From: Octopus sinensis
Taxonomy: Eukaryota
Assembly: GCF_006345805.1 (NCBI RefSeq)
Contig: NC_043003.1
Location: 79,608,001-79,672,000 of the forward strand
Direction of reading: 5' to 3'
Length of the DNA stretch: 64,000 nt
The translations under genes were made by a program, and so were the position numbers. Of this stretch, positions 25,198 through 37,049 are shown one piece after another; within the stretch, counting starts at the first letter, position 1, and every line of letters starts with the position of its first letter. The notes under the pieces are model-generated. The model was not told the DNA's origin and did not search any database. It was given only the letters and a program-made list of their open reading frames with translations.

Positions 25198-25334
25198 GAA
25201 GGGGCAGAGAGAGAGAGAGAGAGGAAGGGGCAGAGAGGAAATGTACAAGGGAGATAACAGAGGAAGTCGAGAGATTAAAGAAAGAGAATGCCAAGAAATG
25301 TGAGAGAGGGGAAGCGAGGAAAAGAAAGGAGGAG

Positions 25335-25415
<81 letters not shown>

Positions 25416-25444
25416 ATATGCATCTATCTATCTATCTATATATG

Positions 25445-26095
25445 CATCAGCATGGCCGCGGCTCTGAGCTGAAACTAGAAAAAATACAAAATGGGACAAG
25501 AACGCAAAACATCCAGACAACTAGGTGATACAAAAAGGGACAACAAAACATCCAGGTAGACGATACAAAAAAACAAGGACTGGTCATTCGAAGATTTTTA
25601 TCCTCAGTCAAGAACCGGATCATCCGCGCAATTTCGGCTGATTAATCTTTAGATTGCTCCAATATGGCCAGCCCCAAGGGAAAACTAAGCTAAAAGCATT
25701 AGATTCCTTGGAAGAAAGCATCGAATATATACGAAAACAAGGGCGGAAAAACAGACGATATTACAAGAATATAAATACAAACTACAATAAAAAATACAAT
25801 AAAAATGATAGTAATAATAACAGGACATAACAACAGGTGTCTTTCGACTGGGGACGAATTGAATTTAGCTGGCGTTTGTGGAAATGAAGCTTTATGGCAG
25901 AGATACAAAACTTTCACAAACACAGGGAAGAAAATCGATGTGGCAGTGACCACAGTCAGAATATATATACAATACACATACATAAATACATACACACAAA
26001 CACACACACATACACACAGTTCTACTACACACATATTGTTCTGTTAAAGATCAATTCATCAGTGCATAACTTTAAAGTAAACCAGTCACTGCTGT
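25445..26095 (-). mobile_element. Short non-autonomous repeat (subfamily 1 relative); the 25757-26090 part recurs at 29604-29935
   Basis: Motif at 25585-25727 (CUGAGGA core, one mismatch in helix I); near-identical segment inside the Dong element. Confidence 0.6.
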
Positions 26096-26345
26096 CACGA
26101 TATAGATTATGAATGGATTAAGCAAACATGACCGCATGAAACTGTGTTTTACATCGAACTAGCACTCACTGCCAATAGTCCCGACTCAATCCAAGCTTTC
26201 GAAAATGCATGTAAGAACAGTGGTATACTTAAAATAATTGACACCGGTAGATTCCGTGTGCCGATGTTAACCGGATGTGTTCCCCACGTTAATAATAGAA
26301 TACATTAAAGATAACTTTACACCAACAAACTAAAGGTAAACTAAA

Positions 26346-26705
26346 TTAGGCAGTATACGTTTGTGACTTCGAAATTCCCTTTTGGAAATTTGCATCTCTT
26401 ACATGTGGTGTTGTGCAACTTATTACATAGCTGTGAAGATTAGCGTGATTTAGTAGTGTTTGCAATATGGTTGGGTGATGTGGGAATGGTGTAGAGTGAG
26501 TATTTGTAGCAGTAGAAACTGATGATGATGACGACCATTTAGAAACACTATTAGATGGATCATATGACCAAGCGGCTGCTATATAGGAGGCGGAGAAGCA
26601 AGCTGGTGATGTCGGCCTATTGATAACATTATCATGATTAGCAGATGTGGTTAAGGAATGATATTTAAGAGCTATTTGTTCAATTGATGCTAACTGAGGT
26701 TTTTC
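26346..26705 (-). CDS. Candidate terminal coding exon of an unidentified host gene (S/T/P-rich, 119 aa)
   Basis: Acceptor TTTTAAATAG| followed by a stop-free frame EKPQLASIEQIALKYHSLTTSANHDNVINRPTSP...SQTYTA*. Non-repetitive sequence, no ATG so absent from the ORF track. No homology recognised. Confidence 0.35.
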   Translation of the reverse strand, partial: EKPQLASIEQIALKYHSLTTSANHDNVINRPTSPACFSASYIAAAWSYDPSNSVSKWSSSSSVSTATNTHSTPFPHHPTILQTLLNHANLHSYVISCTTPHVRDANFQKGISKSQTYTA

Positions 26706-27716
26706 CTATTTAAAATTAATCCAGGTAGTGTTTCTGCCAGCATGAATCAGATAACGTGCATCTGCAGGAAATTTCATTCTATTATTCTTGTAATGAACCA
26801 CTTGTACAACCTCATAAAAAGGGGTTTACTGCTACTCTTAATTGTCTGCCAAGCAATTTTCTCAGTTAGAGATAACTTGCATGCACCATGTGCATTGCGA
26901 TGGCCAAAAGAGCCTTTAGTAAATACGCATCGAACATTTAAAATGATGGACATTTGATTGAGAGCAGTGAATTGGTGCAGTCGTTAGAGTGTCAGATAGA
27001 ACCACCGGACGGTAGTCGTTTCGGATCTCAATGCTTTCTGTTCAAATTCCTTCAAATTCATCGTTGTCTTTCATTCTTTTGGAGTCGATAAACAAGGACC
27101 AGACAGGTAAGTGGTTTGGCGAAATCTTAGGAAAGTGAGGGTAGAGAGAGGGAGGTATTACTTCCTAGCAAATATATTGAAAGGTGGATTTGAGTGACCA
27201 GCATGATCCGATTGAACAGATCTACTCTAAGCACACATCTGTAAGTTGAAGGAGAATAACTGAGAAAGTACTTGTTTTAATGGTCAGTATGATCGTGGTT
27301 TGATTGGGCTTTACTCTAGCAGACCTCGGAAGTCTTCCACTTTTTGGGAATTATTGTTTGGAATTTTATTGTTTCACTGTTTCTATTCTACTTTTTACAT
27401 GCTCTTTCCTGCAGTCCCATATTCTATTGTTCAGCAGCGACCCCAATGTTACTTTGTGAACACTTAGTGGTTAATAAAGAAAACATACATGCATACATAC
27501 ATACGTAATACATAGATACATAGATACATACATACATGCGTACGTACGCACGCTCACGCACGCAAACACACATACAAATATTCATACATATATATCTTTA
27601 ACACGCAGATTGTGCAATGGCACTTCCTATAAAAGTTGCTTTCTCATCAAAGTAAGCAGTTTCGATTCTCTGATTTTCTTACACTCTTCCTACGCGATAC
27701 AATCGCATTAGTGTTT

Positions 27717-27778
<62 letters not shown>

Positions 27779-27784
27779 CCTTTC

Positions 27785-27978
27785 TTCTATAGGCACAAGG
27801 CCTGAAATTTTGGGGGAGGTGTTAAGTCGATTACATCGACTCCAGCACTCGACTGGTACTTATTTTATCGACTTCGAAAAATGAAAGGCAAAGTCGACTT
27901 CGGCGGAATTTGAACGCAGAACGGAAAGACGGACGAAATACTGTTAAGCGTTTCGTCCAACCTGCTAACGATTCTGCC
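27785..27978 (-). mobile_element. SINE family A (tail-A)
   Basis: GGCACAAGGCCTGAAATTTTGGGGGAGG...GCTAACGATTCTGCCA. Confidence 0.8.
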
Positions 27979-28707
27979 AAGGTTGTCATTTCAACAACAA
28001 CAACAACAACAACAACAGCAACAACAACACAACAACAACACAACAACAACAACAACAACAACAGCAGCAGCAGCAACAACAACGACGACGACAACAACAA
28101 CAACAACAACAACAACAACGACAACACTAAAAATAATAGTGATATCCTTAAATGCTATAGGTAGAACGATAATGATAATGATAATCACTATGGTTATAGA
28201 GGCGACACAATGCAGGCACGTTATTTATGTATGTGTGTATGTATATACATGTGCACGTGTATATAGAAATAAAGTGAGAAAGAGATAGATGAGATCTCAA
28301 TAACAACTCTCGTGGGAAACCCAAGAACGACTCATGAAATCATGATGCAAACACAACAATGAAAGAATTAACGGTGAGAATGAAGCTATAGCCGATCATG
28401 GTGAAGGTTTCCCGCCCGGCACGTCCGAAACCGACCGCATCAGGGGCAGTGATCTGGCTTGAGACGGTCGTTATGTCAAGGCAGATCACATACATGGTGG
28501 GCGCAAAAACATAAATAAGTAGACGAAGGAAGCGTACAATACACTTATTGAATGTCATAAAAGAGCAAAGCTGGAAAGAAGTCGCGGAGTAGGCCGGCGA
28601 CGCACCTTGAAATGTTGGATGGAAAAGGACATGTGTCCAATGTCAGAAAATAAACTAATGAACCAAGTGAGAGTGATTAGGAGGAAGGGATACTTAACTG
28701 GAGTAGA

Positions 28708-29099
28708 TGATGGATGGAGCACTCCGTCGGTTACAACGATGAGGGTTCCGGTTGATCCGAATCAACGGAACAGCCTGCTCGTGAAATTAACGTGTAAGTG
28801 GCTGAGCACTCCACAGACACGTGTACCCTTAACGTGGTTCTCGGGGATATTCAGCGTGACACAGAGAGTGACAAGGCCGGCCCTTTGAACTACAGGTACA
28901 ACAGAAAGAGGAAGTAAGAGTGAGAGAAAGTTGTGGTGAAAGAGTACAGCAGGGATCACCACCATCCCCTGCCGGAGCCTCGTGGAGCTTTTAGGTGTTT
29001 TCGCTCAATAAACACTCACAACGCCCGGTCTGGGAATCGAAACCGCAATCCTATGACCGCGAGTCCGCTGCCCTAACCACTGGGCCATTGCGCCTCCAC
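28708..29099 (-). mobile_element. SINE family C inserted in the Dong LINE
   Basis: 12-bp TSD AACTGGAGTAGA at 28696-28707 and 29100-29111. Confidence 0.9.
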
Positions 29100-29603
29100 A
29101 ACTGGAGTAGAAATACCTCAGATTAGTGAGAGTCTGGGAAACCCTGCAGATGGGCTACAAAGGATGGTAGGAATTGAAAGCAGAGAGAAGACAGTGAACC
29201 CTGATACTATGGAGGGTGGACATGCAAGGGAAATGAACAAAGTAGATAATGAATTGCTTGAAATTCAAAGGACGACTCACCGACTTGATGAATACCCCAG
29301 AAGAAAAAAATTCTCCATGAATATGAGAGGGGTAGATAGGAGTACGATAAAGTAACACAAAAGATAAATACTGTCATACAATACATCCAGACGGAGAGCA
29401 TAACACAAACAAGGAATATTCCGAGCTATTTCACTACTTGCTGAGGAAAAATTACAACTTAAGAGAACAAAAAATGGTGGGGCAAAAGAACCATGGTGGG
29501 AAGGGACATAATGCGGGAAAGGCAAGATCTAGGAAAAATTGAGCAATGGTCAAGAGGAAACTGGAAAATGGGAAAAAGACCGGCCGAGAAAAAGTAGTGA
29601 ACT

Positions 29604-29935
29604 TACGATATTACAAGAATATAAATACAAACTACAATAAAAAATACAATAAAAATGATAGTAATAATAACAGGACATAACAACAGGTGTCTTTCGACTG
29701 GGGACGAATTGAATTTAGCTGGCGTGTGTGGAAATGAAGCTTTATGGCAGAGATACAAAACTTTCACAAACACAAGGAAGAAAATCGATGTGGCAATGAC
29801 CACAGTCAGAATATATATACAATACACATACATAAATACATACACACAAACACACACACATACACACAGTTCTACTACACACATATTGTTCTGTCAAAGA
29901 TTAATTCATCAGTGCATAACTTTAAAGTAAACCAG
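29604..29935 (-). mobile_element. Partial copy of the 25445-26095 repeat nested in the Dong LINE
   Basis: Near-identical to 25757-26090. Confidence 0.75.
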
Positions 29936-30924
29936 TATATGGTCCATGCATGTTTTTAAATTAATCAGTATATAATACGGAAGAACGGGTTTAATGCAGC
30001 ATTTGAGCAGTTAAAACAGACTATCATGGCAAACATCCAGAAGATCAGATCTGTGAACAGAAATAAGCAGTTCGAGAACAAATTGTTAAAAATTAACCCG
30101 AAGCAATTCTTCCGAACATTAGGAGACAATGGGGGAAAATGTTGCTCCTGATGCTAATCAGGCAAGGAGCTCTGGAGCGGATTATGGGGAAACGATGTGG
30201 TGCATAAAAGGGATGCAATGTGGATAGGAACTATCCAGACAGTATTACAAGGAGGAAAGAAACAAAGGAATATTGTCATAAGCACGGGTGATGTGAAAGA
30301 ACAAGTGAGTAAAGTGCCTAACTGGAAAGCCCCGGACCAGATGGGATTCATGGTCTCTGGCTGAAGAAATGCCACGCCGTGCAATGAAAGACGAGCAGCC
30401 CGATTGAATGAGTGTGTCCAGAAAGGTACAGTCCCCTAGTGGATGGTGTCTGGGAGGACAACACTTACAATGAAAGACAGAAGAAAGGGGAATATTGTGG
30501 GAAAGTACCGTCCCATAGCATGCCTAAATATAATCTGGAAGATAATCACTGGAATATGTGCGGCAAAGAGGTATACTTTCCTGGCACAGGAAGAAATACT
30601 ACCAAGGGAACAAGAAGGAAGTAGGAAGAGTACTCAGAGTACCAAGGATCACACATGCGCACAAATAAACAAACAAGAAGAACGCAGATCCGATAACGAA
30701 CAGACTCAACAACTATTGAAGAGGTTGCAAGAAGCAACGAAAATTTTTTAAAAAAGTAAATGAATGGAAATTGAACTGGCGAGTGTGTTAATTAATAAGG
30801 CATTAAAACAGAATGACTCTCCCTAGACACAACAAAATATTATTCAAAGCACGAATTCGCATAAAGAATTTTGCAAACCAAATACAAAAACGAAATAATA
30901 ATAATAATAATATTAATAATAATA

Positions 30925-30965
<41 letters not shown>

Positions 30966-30971
30966 TAATAA

Positions 30972-31520
30972 TATGCAGTACCAGGCAGTGGCTCTCATGG
31001 CTTCTAATCTTAACTGATTGGAAGTGTTATCATGTACATTGTTTTGTCTTGGTTAAAAGATGGGCTACAGCAAATATTCTGCTCAATACCACAGATTTGC
31101 TTGTCAGTTGTTTGACCTTAACCAGTTGAGCATGTCCCTTAGTGGCTGACGATATGTGCATCTCTGATCACGAGCAGAAGTAGTGGGGGAGCATCATAGC
31201 CATGTGTTGAGAGGGATTCTTTGGGGTTTGAATAGCTCACCTCTGGAAACATGGGTGGTTCTTTCAACAACCTTAAACAACCCTTATTCAGGGACCGTTT
31301 GAGCGGGATGGGCTACTCAACCTGAAGAATATTCTAACTGGGCCCCACCTGCAAGGTCATGTGCTGTTTATCTTGATATGAGATCACCATGTCGCGCACA
31401 TATGGTTGTGATGCATGTGCCTGGTGTACCTTTATCAGACGGGTAGTCATGATGGGTATATTGGGCTTCGTATATTTTACCCCAGTGTCACTTTGATGGC
31501 ATGAACTGCTCTCTCACTCA
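30972..31520 (+). mobile_element. SINE-like family D embedded in (AAT)n
   Basis: GCAGTACCAGGCAGTGGCTCTC...CTCTCACTC(AAT)n; a second, 5'-shorter copy at 59826-60157. Confidence 0.75.
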
Positions 31521-31589
31521 ATAATAATAATAATAATAATAAACAACAACAACAACAACAACAACAATAATAATAATAATAATAGAGGT

Positions 31590-31808
31590 CAAGGAGGTTA
31601 GTTGGCAGAATCGCTTGCCCACCGTGCAGAGTGCTTAGCGGCATTTAGCCCATCTTTACGTTCTGAATTCAAATTCCATTGAGACTGACTTTGCCTTTCA
31701 TCGTTTCGGAGTCGAAAAATAAGTACCAGTAGAGTACTGAGGTCGAAGTAATCGACCAACCCTTCCCCCAAAATTGCTGGCTTTGCGTCAAAATTTGAAA
31801 GCAATATT
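31590..31808 (+). mobile_element. SINE family A (tail-A), degenerate
   Basis: GTTGGCAGAATCG...CCCCAAAATTGCTGGCTTTGCGTCAAAATTTGAAAGC. Confidence 0.75.
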
Positions 31809-32887
31809 TTATTCTCGATTGCTTTTCTTTATATGCAAATATTACAGTTGGAGGAAAATTTCGAGATATGAAAAGAAATGTTTATCGAAGATACAAACTT
31901 TGTAAAGTTTCGTAGGAACGTGTTAAGAATTCGAAATTCAATCTCCGTAAATCCATTATCTTATCTTTCATCACAAACTCTAGAATTCTAACCAAATTTT
32001 GACTTACGAGATGAGATCCGCCAAGTCATTCTATAATTTCAAGAATTTCCACTTAAGATTTATTCAGACATTTAAATTGACAGAATTAACAAGAATTTAC
32101 AACCCTCTTAGATTTCACATTGCGCATTCGCTAGAATTCATAGCATTCCAACAATATATTCATTTTTCTTGTATAATCAGAGATTTTAAGGCACTCTACA
32201 GCCTCTAATGGTTGCAAATTGGACAGATAAAGTGTTAGTTTTGAAGTAAATTATATTCAACTGCTTCCGAAATATAGAAAAAGAAAGTGCTTTGTTCCAT
32301 TGCTATAAAACTTCAGGTATCATAGACAGAGAAAACGAGAAATTTTGACGTTCGAAGATTTGGTTACGGATTGTGAGAGAACTGCAGTAAACTGATACTC
32401 TGAATACATATCACATTTTTTATACTGCTCGCTAAATTATCTGGTGGAGCACATTGCCATAGCACAGCTTCTTTGTGTGCCATTGGTTATTACTTTCTGC
32501 AGAATATTTTTTTGTTTTGCAAGCTGCCGTCGTCATTGTTGTTGCTAAGCCTTTAAATTTTTCTTAGCTTTAGTTTGACCGTCCTCTCAGACGCTTCAAT
32601 GATTTCACACGTGCAGGACAATCATCACGGCCCGCCATGCATGTTTTTAAATTAATCAGTATATGCCATTCCACTGTCCTAAAGCAAGCTGTCTACACAG
32701 GTTAGACGTTTTCTTCTGTTGATTCTTCCTTCAACTGACTGCCATAAGACCAGTTGACACACAGGATTTGAATTAACATAATCCTCGGATTATTTCCAGT
32801 GTTTCTGTGATCTTATCCAACCTCTCCATCTTACCGGTATATGAAACCGGTATTGTCATGTTTTTGTCAGCTATTTCAATTTAAAAT

Positions 32888-33236
32888 CTCTTGATACCCT
32901 AAGTGCTATAAAACACTCAAGAAGGTATGACGACAACACGCTTGGATACCATTGCGTTAGAGCGTTAAACAAAACACCTTGTGGTATTTAATTCCAACTT
33001 TTTAAAGTTCTGAGTTCATATCCTGCCGTGATCCACTTTGCCGTTAGTTGCTTCGATCGATAAAACAAAGTACCAAATACCAATCGAGTACTAGGACTGA
33101 TTTAGTGGACTGATACTGAGGTCACGAAGGATTCTTCAATCAAGGGCTTATGGCAGAGAAATCCCGGTCGAATTTGCTTGGTATTACTTGTAAGGGAAAC
33201 TAAAAGTGCAAGTGCCAGCGTCTACAGTGTCTCTGT
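32888..33236. repeat. Source of a ~350-bp inverted local duplication (partner 38186-38533)
   Basis: Reverse-complement match with few substitutions. Confidence 0.85.
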
Positions 33237-34874
33237 AATGAAGGATGGTGTCAATGTTTTCTTTCTTAGACTCCAAACCTGGTGAGAGAAAGGAAGGAAT
33301 TTTTCCCTTATACTTGAGATTTGCTTGAATGCTCACAACAGAGCAGATTCCGCTAAAGACGCACAATACAACAAGGAGGTAGTGTTAAATTAGGTAACAA
33401 ATTAAATCGGTGACCACTAAAATGTGAACGGGCCTTCCGACGAGGTTCCACACAATCTCCTTCAATCAAGTTTTCCTCAGCCTAATTTCTCTCACACGAT
33501 TGATTGACTCGAGGTTATGGTAAAAGACTCGTGCTCAAAGTATCGCGGAGTAGAAGTGAACCTCATAGTTAAAGAAAAAATCCCCTCAAAACCGATAACA
33601 AAAAATAATTATAATCGAACCTTTAATCAAAATACTCCCCAGCCATGACGATACCATATTTTATTCAGTATAAATATAGAAAGGCCACGTAGGTAACGTA
33701 TTCTGCCTTTTCTTAAGGTGATAATATGTGATTTAAGGGTGATTGGTTGGTATTCTTTGCAGTTAAACAATCACTTAGAGTATTCCGAAAGGCTGGATAG
33801 AAAAGGATTAAAGGAGCCATAGAAATATAATAATGGTTTTGGTGTGGTAAAAACTATTTCGGGATCTTCGTATTCTGTCAGAAAGTATTTTAGGGTGTTG
33901 CACTCACGATCGCCAGATCATACTTTTGATTCCCGGAAAGAACGGTGCGTTGCATTCTTGAATAAAAGACGCCATTTCCTGTTACTTTGCGTTCGCTTCG
34001 ACATCAGACGTGTTGTACACTGTGCACTTGTAGTAATCATGGATAATTACTTATATTAAAGATATTTATTTTGAAATAATATATATATATATATATAACA
34101 AAGTAAAGTTGTAAGATACCGCACGAGTGGAAATATATATGAAAGAAGGTTTGAAAATGCAATTTTAAAGATGCTTATTCACTGACCGGTTTCACTTTTT
34201 TAGAAAAAGATTGTCAAAAGTAAAATGTAAAACATTGTATAAGCTTTGTGTTAAGTACCGGTCGTCACAAAAGTATTAAAATACATATATATACATTCTT
34301 CGATAATAATAAGAAAATGTTAAAAACAGTTTACAAGAAAGTATTTAAGAAAATATTCAACAAAAAGTATTAGGAGTTCAATAAAAATTATGTTTGTTTG
34401 GTAGTATATATATACACAGAAGGAGATATATTTAAGAATTTACAAAAAATTGGAGAGGAACCAACCTGTCTTTTTGGCATTTTTTCTGTCTTGTGTGTAG
34501 CTAAGGAATATTTGCTATTTTAAGGGACAGTGAAGGAGGTTGGTTGGGGTGGAAGGAAGGAAGAGCAATGTGGAATTAAAAAGATCTTTTTGTTTCTGGG
34601 CTAGACTGGGCAAACACACATATACACACCACCAGGACAATTATAACAACACAAACATACTTAGACAGACACACACACAGAGTCATGTACCCACAATAAC
34701 ATCCCCACCAACAGAAAACACACAAACATGTCAAAGGTCATCTCTTTTGTGTATAAATACTTAATGGTTTGTACACTATTGTATATAAAAATATGTTGTC
34801 TATTGACTTTATTACACATGTTAGCTACCAGTATGAACATCTTTCTAAATTTTCTACCCTTAATATTTTCACAG

Positions 34875-34933
<59 letters not shown>

Positions 34934-34984
34934 TTATATATATATATATATTATATATATTATATATATATATATAATATATAT

Positions 34985-35023
<39 letters not shown>

Positions 35024-35054
35024 CATACATATATATATATGCATATATGGGTAC

Positions 35055-35690
35055 AGGGGATCATCAACATGAAATAGCTAAACAACGAGAGAAAAAATGG
35101 AAAACAGGAAAAATACACACAGAGAAACGACCCTTCACCAGTTGTCGGCTGTCTATCTACTCCTCATTTCGACCATTCAACGACAATATGAGTCTTCAAA
35201 GACAGTTGCTCCCATAAATTCTAAAATAAAATTCTGGATTTATGGCGGGTCAAAGTTGGGAATAAAAACAGGACAGTGGAGACATACAAAAAAAAAAACT
35301 GATCGAAAACAAACATTGAGGGACGTTAGACCAGAACAAGAAGAAAATAGTGAACGCTGGGAGACATACTTTCTTTGGAAAGAGAAAAGATAGAAGAAAG
35401 AGAAAAATGTCTAGTCCTTTGAAAATCCGTGCAGGAAAAGAAAGATGGTCAGGTGAGGAAAAAAAGATGGACGATGGTCACGAGTGAGCAACAAGAGAGA
35501 GAAAAGAGAAAGAGGAGAGAGAGACAGATAGAAAACGATGAAAGAGAGAGATGAGAAAAAGGGAATTAGAGAAGGACGGAAGAAGAAAACAGTATGAAAT
35601 AAAGTCGCATTTTTCTCTCGTTGTTTACGTATTTAACTCATATGTTTACGCACTTCATTTGTTTGCATAGTTGGTGACGTCCTGAAGCCA
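35055..35690 (-). mobile_element. GA-rich non-autonomous repeat (subfamily 3) with pseudoknotted hammerhead-like motif at 35129-35251
   Basis: Inverted homolog of 35815-36285; its core reads CUGGUGA (A6 to G). Confidence 0.65.
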
Positions 35691-35715
35691 TATATGCATA
35701 TATATATATATTATA

Positions 35716-35757
<42 letters not shown>

Positions 35758-35814
35758 TCATTATTATTATTATTTAACTGAACGCCACGCATCCATTTCC
35801 AAGTAAGTTTATCT

Positions 35815-36285
35815 TCACGTTTTTGATGCGACTATACTCTATACTGTTTTCTTCCTCCATCCTTCTCTAATTTCCTTTTTCTCCCCTTCCCTCTTTCACC
35901 GTTTTCTATCTGTCTCTCTCTCTCCCCCTCTTTCTCTTCTTCTCTCTCTCGCTGCTTACCCGTGACCATCGTCCATCTTTTTTTCCTCACCTAACATTTT
36001 TCTCTCTCTTCTCTCTTTTCTCTTTCCAAAGAAAGTATTTCTCCCAGCGTTCGCTATTTTCCTCTCGTTCTGGTCTAATGATCCTCCATGTTTGTTTTCG
36101 TTCGGTTTCTTTGTATGCCCCCACTGTCCTGGTTTTGCTACCAACTTTGACCCTCCATATATCCAGAATTTTATTTTAGAATTTATGAGAGCAACTGTCT
36201 TTGAAGACTCATATTGTCGTTGAATGGTCGAAATGAGAAGTAGATAGACAGCCGACAACTGATGAGGGTCGTTCCTCTGTATTTA
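35815..36285 (+). mobile_element. Second, inverted copy of subfamily 3
   Basis: Reverse complement of ~35120-35590. Confidence 0.7.
36149..36270 (+). ncRNA. Hammerhead-like RNA, non-canonical strand order (subfamily 3)
   Basis: GACCC..GAGCA..CUCAU-A-UUGUCG-UUGAA-UGGUC-GAA-AUGAG..CGACAA-CUGAUGA-GGGUC. Confidence 0.6.
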
Positions 36286-36350
36286 CTTATATATATATAT
36301 TATATATATAATATATATGATATAATATAATTAATAAATATATATATATA

Positions 36351-36395
<45 letters not shown>

Positions 36396-36946
36396 ATATA
36401 TATATGTATATTATAGTGATACATATATATTATATAATATATATATAATATATATATATATATAATATATATATAATATACTTATAGATATTATTTGTTA
36501 TAATTATTTATTGAACGCCACGAATCCATTTCTAAGTATATTAATATATTATATTATATATATATATATTATATATATATTATATATATATTATATATAT
36601 TATATAATATAACGAGAAAGAGAGAGAGAAGAGATACAAGTAAAAAAAATAAATATTTCCTCACCTCACTCCGATGAAGGAATTTTGCCAGAAACAGAAA
36701 CATTATGATTTTATTTTCCCCCACGGCATATAAACTGCAAATTAATGATGGTTAAATGATAGACAAAGGTGAACGCCATAGATTGGATTTAAAGATAAAA
36801 GGTAAAGAACTACATAATTAATTCTTAGCTATATTGTATTTAGTCGCTCTATCACTCTCCATAACTCCACTTTCTGTGTTCGTACAACTTTAAACTAAGC
36901 AATATATTTAAAGTAATTAATACAACAGTAGCAGCGATATATAATA

Positions 36947-36994
<48 letters not shown>

Positions 36995-37049
36995 TAATAA
37001 TAATAATAATAATAATATAAATAATATATATATTATATTATATATATAT

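Larger units (their letters stand above)
28540..30660 (+). pseudogene. Decayed R4/Dong LINE (N-terminus to start of RT), interrupted by two insertions
   Basis: SENKLMNQVRVIRRKGYL; EPWWE; VPNWKAPGPDG; WMVSGRTTLTMKDRRKGNIVGKYRPIACLNIIWKIITG...ILPREQEG..KD. Confidence 0.85.

Noticed and set aside
27910-28288. Poly-Q/T/N ORFs
   Set aside because: (AAC)n/(AGC)n microsatellite with no splice or homology support.
31315-31345. CTGAAGA in family D as a hammerhead core
   Set aside because: No helix II plus GAAA or matching helix I nearby, and the second copy lacks the core.
32812-32847. 36-nt minus-strand micro-exon (AG|CTGAC...ACCG|GTAAG)
   Set aside because: Such signals arise by chance at this scale, and its phase is not compatible with the other candidates without further exons.
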